From assembly GCF_963853765.1 (NCBI RefSeq), contig NC_088859.1, positions 50,220,001 to 50,284,000 on the forward strand: a stretch of 64,000 bases of DNA. Direction: 5' to 3'. The translations under genes and the position numbers were made by a program. Under the pieces are notes generated by a model. That model was given only the letters and a program-made list of their open reading frames with translations, was not told the DNA's origin and ran no database searches. Below, one piece after another: positions 45,869 through 58,141 of this stretch. Each line of letters opens with the position of its first letter. The stretch's first letter is position 1. Source of the stretch: Magallana gigas (lineage: Eukaryota).

Positions 45869-48659
45869 CTCCCTATCGAAGAATTTCATATTCAAGGCGT
45901 CTGGATCGACAACTACTTTTTAATTCATGGTGATATATATACACCAATTCCGAATAACAAAACAGCTGTCACAAAACAAGATGCACGATTCTTGATACAC
46001 GTTACATAATTTTATATTTGTTTTTGTTAGCTCACCTGAGCTGTAAATTGAGTTAAGGTTTGTTAATATAAAGATTTATCCGACTTTAGTAATATCATTT
46101 ATGTTTTCTCATGCTGCACAACCTCACCGCAGCTCCGTTTTTGCTGTCTGATAAATGAACTCAACACTTGTGCATGATGAAATATGTCATTTATTAAAAA
46201 TGACGAAAGTAAAGAAAAATATAAACAACATAGTAGGGGATCAGACCCAAAGCTGTTCACACAAAATGTTAAATAACTTATCAATATGCTGATCTCCTTA
46301 AAATACAGAAACAACATTTTGTTCAAAATCATATACAATATATACAAAACCAGCAAAAAGATGGCACCTCAAAAATAAAATATGCCATATGCAAAATAAC
46401 AATATTTTGTACATGTATGCAACTTTTGAATATTGGAGTGGTGAAACGGGGATGGTGGTGGGTGTATCACAACATTACTCGTGCTAACACTCTCAGAGAT
46501 GAAGACAGAATGACCCTACTCTCACCGGTCAGATACTGACCGCATCAAACCACGTGACCGTATCGCTTAATTTGATTGGCTATTAAATTAAATTTGGGGA
46601 GAATTTCACCATTGGATTTTTAACAATTACATAATAGGTCACTGGGAGGTTTTTAGACTAGGAATTTGGGCTAAAAATAGACATGGACAGCGACCACTGC
46701 AGGGAAATTACATAATATGGCCAACGACCTCTACAAGGCTTGGGAAAGAAATGCAACTTATCTAATCAAACATAAACATGAAAAATACAATAAATAAGCA
46801 AATAAAATTATAGCATTCAACATATAAATACAATTATTAACATAATTGTTGTTTGTTGTCCATGGCATACTATCTCACTGTTTCTTCTTCGCCATATCGA
46901 CAGCGTCAAATTTAGCCAACAAAGCAAACATTCTTTGTAAACTTGTTTTAGTCATTGATGAGCAGAACATACTCTTTTTAAGTAATACTCTTCAGTTATC
47001 AAAACCATTTTTGGAAAAAAACCCTGAAAAAGGTACCTACAATATCATTCTTAGAGAGCTTTCTTGATTGAATTAAAAGGGCGTGATTGTCATGGTCATT
47101 TTTTGATTTTTAAAATCTTTTTGAGAAGAACAGCTTCGTACAAATTTATATTGAAATATTCAAAATTTTCAGCTCATGTAGCTAAAATATTAAGGTAGAT
47201 TTGATTGGTTACTTGTTGACCATCTAGCCTCTTAAAACTTTTGCTCAATCTTTTTGATACTAGATTTTTTTGCATAATCACCTATTTCATTTTTACATCA
47301 GCTATGTATGTAATGGTTGCCTGGTTACAGTTTCCATATATTGTGGACAATTTCATGTTTATTTCTGTATCAAGAAGAATTAAATGCATTTGTGTCCTAT
47401 TTATCACACCCATAAAGCAAGTGGTGATGAAAATAGAACGTTACTTCCTCGAACCTCTCAATGAGAGCTTGTCATATATTCAAAGAAGGCGGGTAAAAAC
47501 CACATTCCAATTCCTTTATGATCTTTGATAATAACTTGTCTGTATTCTTCAGAAGCTGAACTTTTGAACATTTTTATTATGAACGAATATCGATATGTTG
47601 AATTCGAATTCCAACTGAGGTCTACTTTTTGATTTTAGTTTCTACTAAGACAATATAGTAATTTGAGAGGTTCACATGTCGGGTAATGTTGCTCAGGTCA
47701 GCGATATCGCCCATTCACCCCTCGTTTTCAAGTTAATACAGCAATCCCAATACATTTTTTTTCCACATAATGTATGGTCATGCATCAATATCACGACAGC
47801 CCCAGGCTCTTTGTTTTTTTTAATATCGTATGGTAACAGCGCTTATGTTAAAGCTGCACGATGTTTAAAATCTTCAACATTTAGTTTTAATACAGAGAAA
47901 TAAAACAAGCATCTTCCAAATAATATTCACTCCTTTTTTAACGAGCTTATTTTTGTATTAAATCGAAGTTAACAGCATAGCCGAGATCACATTTCATCGG
48001 TACTCAATCATCTGAAGAGATGAAGAATTTAATTTTTATTTTTTCAACACACAATCGGGATTTAAGCCTATATCTTTTATATCAATGTATATTACTCCTT
48101 TCTGCTATAGATATATAAATATATAATTTGACGTATAGTAAATAGTTATCGGGTACCCAAATCTCTACTGGTGCGTAACAATTAAACAATTAAGACTCAT
48201 GAGCCTATTGAATTCATTGATGAATTTATTGAAATCAATCTGCTTTGTTAAAACCACACTCAACATCTCTATGAAAAATTGCTCAATGTGTAGAAAAAAC
48301 TCAACATTTTGAGTGTTTTAAAGCTTACATATGTGATTATTGTTTTGAAATATTATGTTAGAATTTAATACAGACAATGTTATATAAATTTTTCGAATGC
48401 ATTATCTATTTCTATTTGTAACTTTTGTTTGATTATGCAATTGGTTATTATTTTAAGGAAATAATGAATAATAATAATATAGAAAAAGGAAACTATTCAC
48501 TGGCCATGAAATAACTCGGTGAATTTTGTCAGGCAAGTGCTTGCACACACGAACTAAGCAATATCTTGCCATGAGATGTTGAATGCAAATACTCAGTATT
48601 CCCATCAATCTTTGGCTTATCACTTTTCAGTATTCTCATTACTTTGATTATGTTTTAAG

Positions 48660-48785
48660 TGCTATACTCCCATATACAGGGTGTGCTGTCCGTCAGCTCA
48701 CTGCTACAACGCACCTTGGTTCAGGAATTAAGGAACTACTTGCGGAAGTGTTTTGACAGATCCACCCTGTGGTCTGCCGCCGTTA
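48660..48785 (+). pseudogene. Frameshifted orphan copy of the last exon of the 14-Cys protein family
   Basis: CYTPIYRVCCPSAHCYNAPWFRN* then, in another frame, TDPPCGLPP. It is closest to paralog 2 exon 4. No upstream exons were recognised. Confidence 0.75.
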
Positions 48786-49591
48786 TCAGCGTACATAAAG
48801 ACATAAAACCAACTTAAAAATTGCTCAATTTTTTGTTTAATTGAAAGAGAAATGATAATAATAGGATACATAAATAAATAAAATAGTATTTAACAAACAG
48901 ACATTATCATTTACTACTTGAATTGTATACATACATGTATGATGTTAAGGCCGTAAGACTGTAAGGCGGTAGGAAAAGAACAAGACATTTATAAGGTAAA
49001 TCAACAATATCTTAGTAAACGGGATCAGTTATATCGTTTACATGGTAACACTTGATACTGTAGTAATCTTATTCTCCTTCTTTGGAAAAATTAACAAGTT
49101 GATTTTTGCCTTGTATATAAAACACAACTGGCCTCAGGTTCATGAAGCATTTTAGGTTTAAGTCCAAAAGTCCATTTTTTATAACAGAAACATTGATCAT
49201 AAAATTATGCTTGAAATTTCTAACTATGAACGTGATATAAATACACATTATAATCATTATAGCATATCATGTTTACAAAGTTAACAATCACAAAACAATT
49301 TGACAGTGCACAAGTTTTGATTTTAGTCTATAACTGATACATAATCCTAGGGCCATGCTCCGCCATCACCATTTTTTTTTTCAAATCACTCAACTCAGTC
49401 CTCAACTTTAAATCCTTACAAGAAAAATACATAAATTTGAGGTCAAAACTCAGACTTGAGTATTAATTTGAGGAAAGTTGGTGACTGCGGGGCTTGATCT
49501 ATTAAACTATCTATGTTAGTTGCGATGTTCTATAAAGCCTGCGTAGTGAAACATACTACTTTTAGTTTTTCCAGTATTTTAATGATACACA

Positions 49592-50715
49592 CTATCTTGT
49601 AGCGTACGACATGGACACAGATACCGATGGTTCTCGCGATACTTCAGAATCGTGTGTAGAAGATGGGCCAGTTGATAACTGAGAAGCAAAAATCCTATTC
49701 ATGACCTTGCGTTGAAAAAAATCAAATGTATCCTTTCGGAAAACTATGTAGATCCAGGGATCAACTATAGAGTTGGTCACAGAAATTCGTAGAGCCACCA
49801 ACTCAAACTGGCCATTTCCAGATAGGGTTCCAATTGCATGACCAAATATGTTAATCTATAAAACATAGAACAATTGTGATTTTATCGCTTGTCGATAGAA
49901 ATATATTTTTTTTGATACAATAACTGTACCGTATATAAATGAAAACCTTGCTTCTATCTTGATATACTTACTAAGAGCGGGGTAATGCATGAACTGAACA
50001 GGATAACAATCAAAAGAAGGAAAGCGATGATGTATATGTCTTTCTTCTTAGGTTTCTTCTTCTTTTGTTGGATGTTGCGGCACACATTGAAAATAACAGT
50101 TATATTGAGCGCTGCAGTGGTGCCAAGAACCAGGATCCCCGTTACTGAATACAGGAAAGCAAACGCTTTGGTATCACTATGAACAAAATCCAAGAAGCAC
50201 CAGGAGCCTGGGAAAAAGCTCAAACTTTTATTTCCGGCCATTAAATGAAGGCTAGACATCACTGCCGAAAAAATCCAAATTCCTGCTATCATTAAGATGG
50301 CTCTCCGATTCTTTGTTGGCTTGTTATAAAAATGTGGATAAAGGATCGCTAGAAAACGATCTAATGACATAGCACAGACAATCAAAGCCGAGGCCAGGAT
50401 CGTAAACATCAAGATGAACGCCATGTAGTCACACATGGGCTGAGGATAATCATACTGGAACTGTGAAGCGTAACGGACCATCACCAGGGGGTAGGACAGG
50501 AACACCCCACCCCCGTCTGTGATGGCAAGCCCACAAACAAAGCGGTAAAAGGGGCGCCATTTGTGCGATCTTGCCGAACAGAAGAGAATGACCAGTGCTA
50601 GAATATTTCCCACCACTCCGAAGACAAGTAAAAGTGAAGCCGGTGCTGGTGATGGCCAATTCGGAACACTCGTTGTCTCATTGGTGCTGCTATTGATGTA
50701 AAGCGTTGTTTCCAT
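49592..50715 (-). CDS. Prostanoid (prostaglandin E2 EP4-like) G-protein-coupled receptor, paralog 1, 335 aa
   Basis: Exons 50715-49972 and 49855-49592 (phase-0 GT-AG intron at the end of TM6). Motifs FGVVGNILAL, FYRFVCGLAITD, MSLDRFLAILYPHFY, PGSWCFLDF, RISVTNSIVDPWIYIVFRK. Confidence 0.9.
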
Positions 50716-53700
50716 TTCAAAGTTTTCTTCCGTTTTGGCTTTTTTTCGTCTATAAGGACATCTGTAACCTTTTTTATCTGATTTGTTTTATAAATCAGAT
50801 AAAATCGATACAATCAACTTCCTACATACATATGTTCAATGGATTTCCCTAAGTCCACCTAATTGTTACAAACACTGTGTCTTCAAATTTCCTGCCTGTT
50901 AAGAAGAAGATTGTAATTTTTAAATGCCGTAAGCTGTTCTATAAAGTAAGACAGAAGTGGTGCTTCTATGTTTCCTCTAGTCATTCATCCAGACTTGAAT
51001 ATAAGTGTTGAGGTGTGAGCACTACTGCATGGTGTGTCTCTCGTCATATTTAGACCTCTTACGTATCATGTACGGGAAGAGGCGAACAATCACACTAGCG
51101 ATCCGGTCAACACCTAGCATCGTCCCTGCAACAATAAGGTCATTTAACACAAAGTCTGGTAATACTTTTTTCAAGACTTTCAAGTCAAAACTTAATTAAA
51201 ACACATTCTTGCCAAATTGTTTTATTTATACCACCACCAAATCCCATCTCACACCCAAAAAGAAAATGAGAAGAATATTCTTGAAAACATATCCAAAGTA
51301 ATTTCCCCCTATATAAAATTCTTTGTAATCTCATTTTACATAAGCCGACTTTTCTAGTAAGTATAATGATTTAAATAAATTATTAATCTGACTTCACACA
51401 CATATTTATATTTTCTTTTTTTTTAATTTCTGAAAATTTTGTTCGGTCGTTTTGAAAGATAACTAATGAATAAGTGGCATCGTGTCCATTGTCAATGAGG
51501 TCACTATCAATGATGTCACTTTCAATTAGGACACTTATCTAACCACTGTCCCAGCCGACAGCGACGTCAGTGAAACACTTAAACAGGGACATTCATAAGT
51601 TTTAAATTTCGAGTATTTTATTTTCAATAGATTTCGAGTATGTCAAACTGGATACTGGATAAATGTTTTTTTGGTCTTGTTTAGGGAAATAGTTGTTGAA
51701 TTTCACCGGCTCAATATTAGGAAGAGTACACGAATGTTATTTATGGAGAACATATTCCTCTTGATTGCGCAATATATATGCTGTATTTTTATTCTGCAAA
51801 AAATGACATGTGGTGATAACAAATAAGTTCACTGTGATATATCGAGTCTACGTAAGTGTGGAAGTAACAATTGTTATTAATTGATAATACGTCGTCGATA
51901 TACCTGAATGTTGAGTTGAAGGCTACAGCGAGGTTTTTTTTCACGTACAAGTTTAAAAAGAATAAATTCTGCTTAATATGAATACAAAGTCATAAACAAA
52001 CTGTGCCAATTTGATATTCCTTAATTTCTTCCTGAGAATTCTATTTGATATGAACCAGCAGTTTGTTATTGTTTACGTGTCATTAAGGATGAAAATTGAT
52101 TAAAGATTAAGGGAGGAAAATTAGGTGATATAGCATATCTTCAAGAAGAAACTTGCAATTGTAAGAAGTTTAATCCAATCCTATTATCTGTTCAGATAGG
52201 AATTTACACATTGTTTTTTAATCAACAATAGGCCAAAAAAAAATCAGTATTTCAGTGCTGAATGCTTTGATTAAAGAAAATTGATTAATGTTTCTACCCC
52301 GTTGCTGCTGATCAGGACTATTTACTGATAATCCACACAAGTGACATCAGTCACACCTAATCAAACATACAACCACTCACTAGCGCACCCTCAGCTCGTA
52401 TACGCTAGCTAGGAACCAATAATAGCGGCTGCCAAACCATAATGAAGAAACGGTGTCGCTTAGAAAGCACAAAGCATACAACCGCTGCTTTACACCCATT
52501 CTTAAGATCACGATAGGAAGTTGACACTACCTAGTATGGAATAAGAAGAATTAAGCATTATTAAATAACCTTCTTTTATTTCACATTGAACCAGCATCGT
52601 ATTTAAGGTGAGAGGCAAGGGATAAAATGTTGAACTCGCCACTAAAATAGCGAGAAATACAAAATGAAGCATTCTATTTACTTGTTACAATGTTTCAAGC
52701 ATATTCATATAATTATGGTTAATCTAAAAAAATAATAATTACGTTTTACGTTTATTTTCCAATAGCACCGTAACACAGACAGAGTACTGCAAGGTTATAT
52801 AATTTAATTTTAGTTGTAACGCGCTTTCCGATTGAGTAAAAAATCTTTAATTGGCCTATCGTATAGAGAAAGTTGCCTACGTCATAGGAAGACTAACGTC
52901 AAAAATGTATCAATCCGCCTGACGATACGTTTGTATTTTGTACTTGACGTCAATTAATTAAAAGGTCAATTTTTTTTTAATTTACAATTCATAACAAAAT
53001 ATTAAATTATGAGCAATGAATGCAATATTTATTTATTTCTGTTTAACAATTTAAAATGGTTTGGGGCAGTTTACGCTTTTTTATAAACCATTTGATATCA
53101 CATATCGAATTCATTTCTTAACGACGTTGGATCCTGCTATCAAAAGTCTTTAAGTTTTTTTCTAAAGTATTTTGTTTAATCTACGCACATAGCTTAACCA
53201 AAATTCAAAACAAAATTTTAGGGTCTATATGCTTCATTCGGCGCTACGGTGTATTTGATATGACCTTTTTGCACTGAAAGTGCAGATTGCGCATAAATCG
53301 CTTTTCCCTCTATATTTTATTATCGGAATGAACATTGGAATCAAATACAAATTTATACTATTTAAAATGAATAAAATTAAAATTATCATAAAGAAAATTG
53401 TTACAATTTCTTCATCTAATTGCTATTTTGACATTTTTGCACTAAAAAATCCGCTATTTTTACACATTAACGATTCAACATGTAATGAAATTTTATTAAA
53501 GTGTCAAACTTTTTCTCAAATTATGATAGACTTGTCAGAAAAATCTTATAAATTCAGAAAAATCAACCAAAAATATGGGTCTATAATGTAAAATTTGAGA
53601 TATGGCATGATATACTCTAGTTTTAGGCAAACTGTTGGATTCATTTTTCTTTGACTTTTATGAAATTTAAGTTAAATTTGCCAACATGTGTCGATAGAAA

Positions 53701-54288
53701 TATTGAAAAATTGTAAAAATATGTTTTTCGTAACAATATGAAGATATTCTAATGCACAAAATATTTAGAAATTTTGTTTGCATTAAAAATAAGGAAGCTA
53801 AAGTGACGGTACTCTAAAACAACTGAGTTATGAAAAATTTTCATTTTCTTTTTAAAAACCATCCGCCAAAAATATAGTCCCCTACTAAACTGTGTAAATA
53901 TGTAATTTTTCCTTTTACATTTTATTTAATATAGTTTAATTGGCATTATAAGATAAAATATGAATTTATGAGTAAAATCAATGTATGATGCATAATTTCA
54001 AGAATAGAGGTGACCCAAAATGGCTACCCAAAAACAGAGGAACGAACCTCTTTAAATAAAGAGTTCCACTAGTGTTTTGACGTCACAAACGGATTATGAC
54101 TGTTACGGTGGTTCTTCTACTAATTCAAACTTATGCTTAGGATAAAACAGGGATTAACCACATTTGTAGACAAAACAGTAGGTTAAAACAAATGTAAATA
54201 TAAGCAATAAATCATTTTTTAAGATATTGTCCTAACTGCAACGATACAAATTGATTAACGCGTGCTAGCGCGATGCAATATACAATTA

Positions 54289-54419
54289 TAGCCTTTTGAT
54301 ATCGGTAAATACATGGTTTTATAAACCTGATGAGAGTAAATTGACCGAGGACGAAGTCCGAGATTAATATACTCTTATCAGGTCTATAAAATCATGTATT
54401 GATCGATATCAAAAGGCTA
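54289..54419. repeat. ~130-bp hairpin element with CGAGGACGAAGTCCGAG loop; another hairpin at 54494-54610
   Basis: Inverted arms TAGCCTTTTGATATCG.../...CGATATCAAAAGGCTA. Second element TTAAAAAGTTCAC...ATCAAACCTTCTCAGAAGGTTTGAT...GTGAACTTTTTAA. Confidence 0.75.
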
Positions 54420-56192
54420 CAATTCTTATTATTATATTAATAAATTAAAAACAAATAATCATCAACAACGTTATCTTAGAAATAAACAACAAGTTAAAAA
54501 GTTCACAGGGATATGAACTTGGTTGGCCACGTGGTCATATCCTGTAATCAAACCTTCTCAGAAGGTTTGATCACGTTCCAACAACCTTCATATAGTGGTG
54601 AACTTTTTAACATTGTTGGGGCGTGCTACGATCATTGTGACGTCACGAAAAAAGTTCATACAGAATTGAACGTTTGAAATCGCTATTCTACTTAGTATTA
54701 ACCTTTTAGCAAATGTAAATATACAGAACTGATCGTTTGAAATCGCTATTCTACTCAGTATAAACCTTTTTGCAAATGTAAATATAGTAAGAATGTATGG
54801 GCGTTGATTGCGCTATTGTGACGTCACAATGGCGCACATGCCAATGCATGCATTGAGTCATAAAAATCTATTTTCAATCAGGTTTATAGATTTTTTTTTT
54901 AATTTAAGTATAGTTAGCATTAGAATTTATAGCACGGTCACTTGACAGCAATCGACCAATCATATGCTCGGTAAAAGTACGAAATTATAATAACGCGCGT
55001 TGTGAAAAAGTGTTTGCACGCATAGTTTCAGTTAAGGTATCTCACGTTTTGATTTCATTCAGCAGGTGTTCATTATATTAAAAAAAATATATGAAATAAT
55101 TAATTTAAACCTCACAGAAAGATCTTCATTTTATAATTTTACAACATTCATAAAGAAAATCCAATTGAATACAAGAAACAAACAAGTTTGTTGGGGAACT
55201 ATATTCTCGTGCGGAAGGTTTTTAGTCGAAAGTTACAGAAACAAGCAATTTTTTTTATTAAACATTATTTATTATTCACATTTTTAACATTTGATAGGTT
55301 TGTAATATGTTCTATATGTCCGGTATGACTTGCACAAAACTAAATTTTGAGAGAGTAATAGATGTTCAGCATAAAATCATGCAAATATATAGAAAATGTC
55401 TGAATTTTTTAAAGCCAATTTTTGCGAGAATTTTACTTCGAAGCCATATATCTAAAATTTGACATCACTGACCCCCATGTTTTATTATGTCAAAATGATA
55501 CTGAATATATATCTAGGCAAACTGGATTAATCTGATAAAATTCTTGATTTTCAAAATGATTTTATTTCAATCAAATTGTAACTATCATAGAAATTGCCTA
55601 TTTTAAGTGCAAAAAGGTCACACAAAAATTTATGCAGCTTCATACAAGTTTTATTTCGTTATCCCTCTATTCAGTGTGAATATTGTTCATAATTAAAAAC
55701 AATATTACAAGAAAAAAAAGTTTGCTTGATAAAAAAATACTGACAACAAATCCTAATCAGGCTGAAATCGCATTTTAGGTGCAAAAAGATCAAATTAAAT
55801 TGGCCATAACTCAGAGGGGTGAACACTGGCCTCTCATTATCTTTGTATTTTTCTCAAGAAATTCTTGATACAAGAACATTGAGGAGTGGAATACGTTAAA
55901 AAATTATGTCTTTCAAAAATTTAATGAAAGAACCAAAGTAAACAATTGAAACAAGGATTTGACCGCATACCGATATACGACAAGATCACATATTAAAAAA
56001 ACACTGTATATTATATATGAAAAAAGCTATGTACGAAATGATGAACGTTTGATGAGCACACCCTGCATATTGTGACAGTCCCGCATAAATGACAGTGTCG
56101 TTCCAAAGATCAGAAGAAATTAGTCATATGATGATCAAACGTTTTCTGATTATAACATCATTGCACTTTTCATAAAAGTCACCAATATGACG

Positions 56193-57325
56193 TCACGGAT
56201 CTTCTGCTAAAGGATTGATGTGCACGCTTCCCAGTCCTTCCCCCTGTGTTTTACTTCCGGTTGCTGACCGGGAACATGACCTCTGAGTTTCCTCTACTGT
56301 TTGACAAACTCTCCTGGCACAGTTCACGGCCACAGCGACCACTTCCTTCCGAAACAGTATGTAGATCCAGGGGTCTATGACAGAGTTAGTAATACTCAGT
56401 CTGACCAGCAGAAGCTCCGTCTCCCCAACACCACTGGTGGCGCCGGAAACGTGCTGAAGAATATTCACCTGTAAAATAAACCAAGCAAATTAGAATTTCA
56501 CTGTTATAGAGGAGTAAAAAATGGACATTTTCTGTTAGTGATAATGTTAAAACTTACTATAAGCGGGGACCAACAGGAAGTGAATACTGTTACTATGGAA
56601 ATTAAGAACACAATCACGTGAACGTCACACCAGCTTTGAGTAGGGGATGCTGAAAAGTTTCGTGTAAGTCTTTTGTAAATGAAATAGACAATCACCGTCA
56701 AGTTAAGAAGTAAGGTTAATGTCACAATCAGGACACCCGTAATGGCGTACATATAGGCATATACTGCATTACCAGTGTCTTCCGTGTCAATGAAATTTAG
56801 AAAACACCATGAGCCGGGATAAAAGATCTTTGCAGAACCTAATCCAAAAACATGCAGAATGCAGAGTAAAGCGGAAGTTATCCATAGAAGTGTTAAAGTA
56901 ATGTTGGCTCTTCGTCCTTTGGTCGTAGAATTGTAGTACAATGGAAAAAACGTAGCAAGGAATCGGTCCACGGACATACAGCAGACGATCATGGCAGACG
57001 ACAGTAAGGTGAACATGTAGATGAAGGCGAGGTATTCACACACGGGCCGTGGTAGCTGATCCTTGAAGCGGGACAGATACTGGTACTCCGAAATAGGGAT
57101 AGAAATAAGAAGCCCGCCCCCGTCAGTGATGGCTAAACCAAGCACAAATCTGTAAAACGGGCGCCATTCGTGTATCTTGCTTCGAAAACAGAGAACAATA
57201 AGCGCCGCGAGATTCCCGAATACTCCAAACAGGAAGAGTAGGATGACAGGCACCGAGTCCTGGACACTGAGGATGGCCGTGGGGGTGAGGATGGGGGTCG
57301 AGGTATGAGGACGGGAGGTGTTCAT
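56193..57325 (-). CDS. Prostanoid (prostaglandin E2 EP4-like) GPCR, paralog 2, 347 aa
   Basis: Exons 57325-56558 and 56468-56193 with the same TM6 intron. Motifs FGVFGNLAAL, FYRFVLGLAITD, MSVDRFLATFFPLYY, YPGSWCFLNF, RLSITNSVIDPWIYILFRK. Confidence 0.9.
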
Positions 57326-57855
57326 GTCGGCGAACTCTATACTGAACTTTTTATTACAACAAACCGGATATCGTACACATTCCTAAAAATCTCAATGAGT
57401 ACCCAAGTTAAACAAAACTTCTTAACTATGTTTGATGATCGGGACTTTATTTAAAGATAAGGTTGTTTTTAGGATTAGTGGGAAATATCATCTGATAAAA
57501 AACTAAATTAACATAATTTTGGATCGGGGTTAAAAGGTCCAAAATTTTCTGTTACTCGTCTTTGTTATTATCATAAAAAGACGTTATTTGTTATGAAATT
57601 GTTATTTCTATGAATTAACGAAAGATATCATATGTGTGATTGGTAGTGCTATAAGAACCTGATAATATTATCAGGAAAGTAGGGCTTCGTAAACTCTTTT
57701 TTGTATCACCTTATAGCTTTAATTCCGGATTGATTTATCAGCATACAAATGTAAAATGTGTATGCGCGCTTTCAACCATCAATTCATTAACCCCCGCCCC
57801 CTAGAATAATCCCCCTCACATGGTGATGACAGTTAACCAAATTTTTACAATAAAC

Positions 57856-58035
57856 ACAGATAGGTAAAGTTAGCTACTAGTAGCTGGCTACTAGTAACTG
57901 GCTACGAGAAGTAAAAAAAGCTAGCTACTAGTAACTGGCTACGAGATTAAATAAAAGTTAGCTACTAGTAACTGGCTACTAGTAACTGGCTACGAGGAGT
58001 AAGAAAAGCTAGCTACTAGTAACTGGCTACGAGAT
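57856..58035. repeat. Short irregular tandem repeat of AGCTACTAGTAACTGGCTAC-type units
   Basis: Seven or more copies of (G)CTACTAGTA(A/G)CTGG. The start of the tract recurs once at 62370-62402. Confidence 0.85.
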
Positions 58036-58141
58036 TAAAGAAACTTGGCTTCTAGATACTTCTTACCGTCCATGGGAGAACACATACCAAAGATTTCTAT
58101 TTTTGTTCTTAAGATGTACATTGCACTATATCACTGTCAAT

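Noticed and set aside
53200-55650. Possible large TIR element (GACCTTTTTGCACT near 53262, AGTGCAAAAAGGTC near 55606)
   Set aside because: Only a short inverted match was seen. I could not define termini or a TSD, so it is not listed as a feature.
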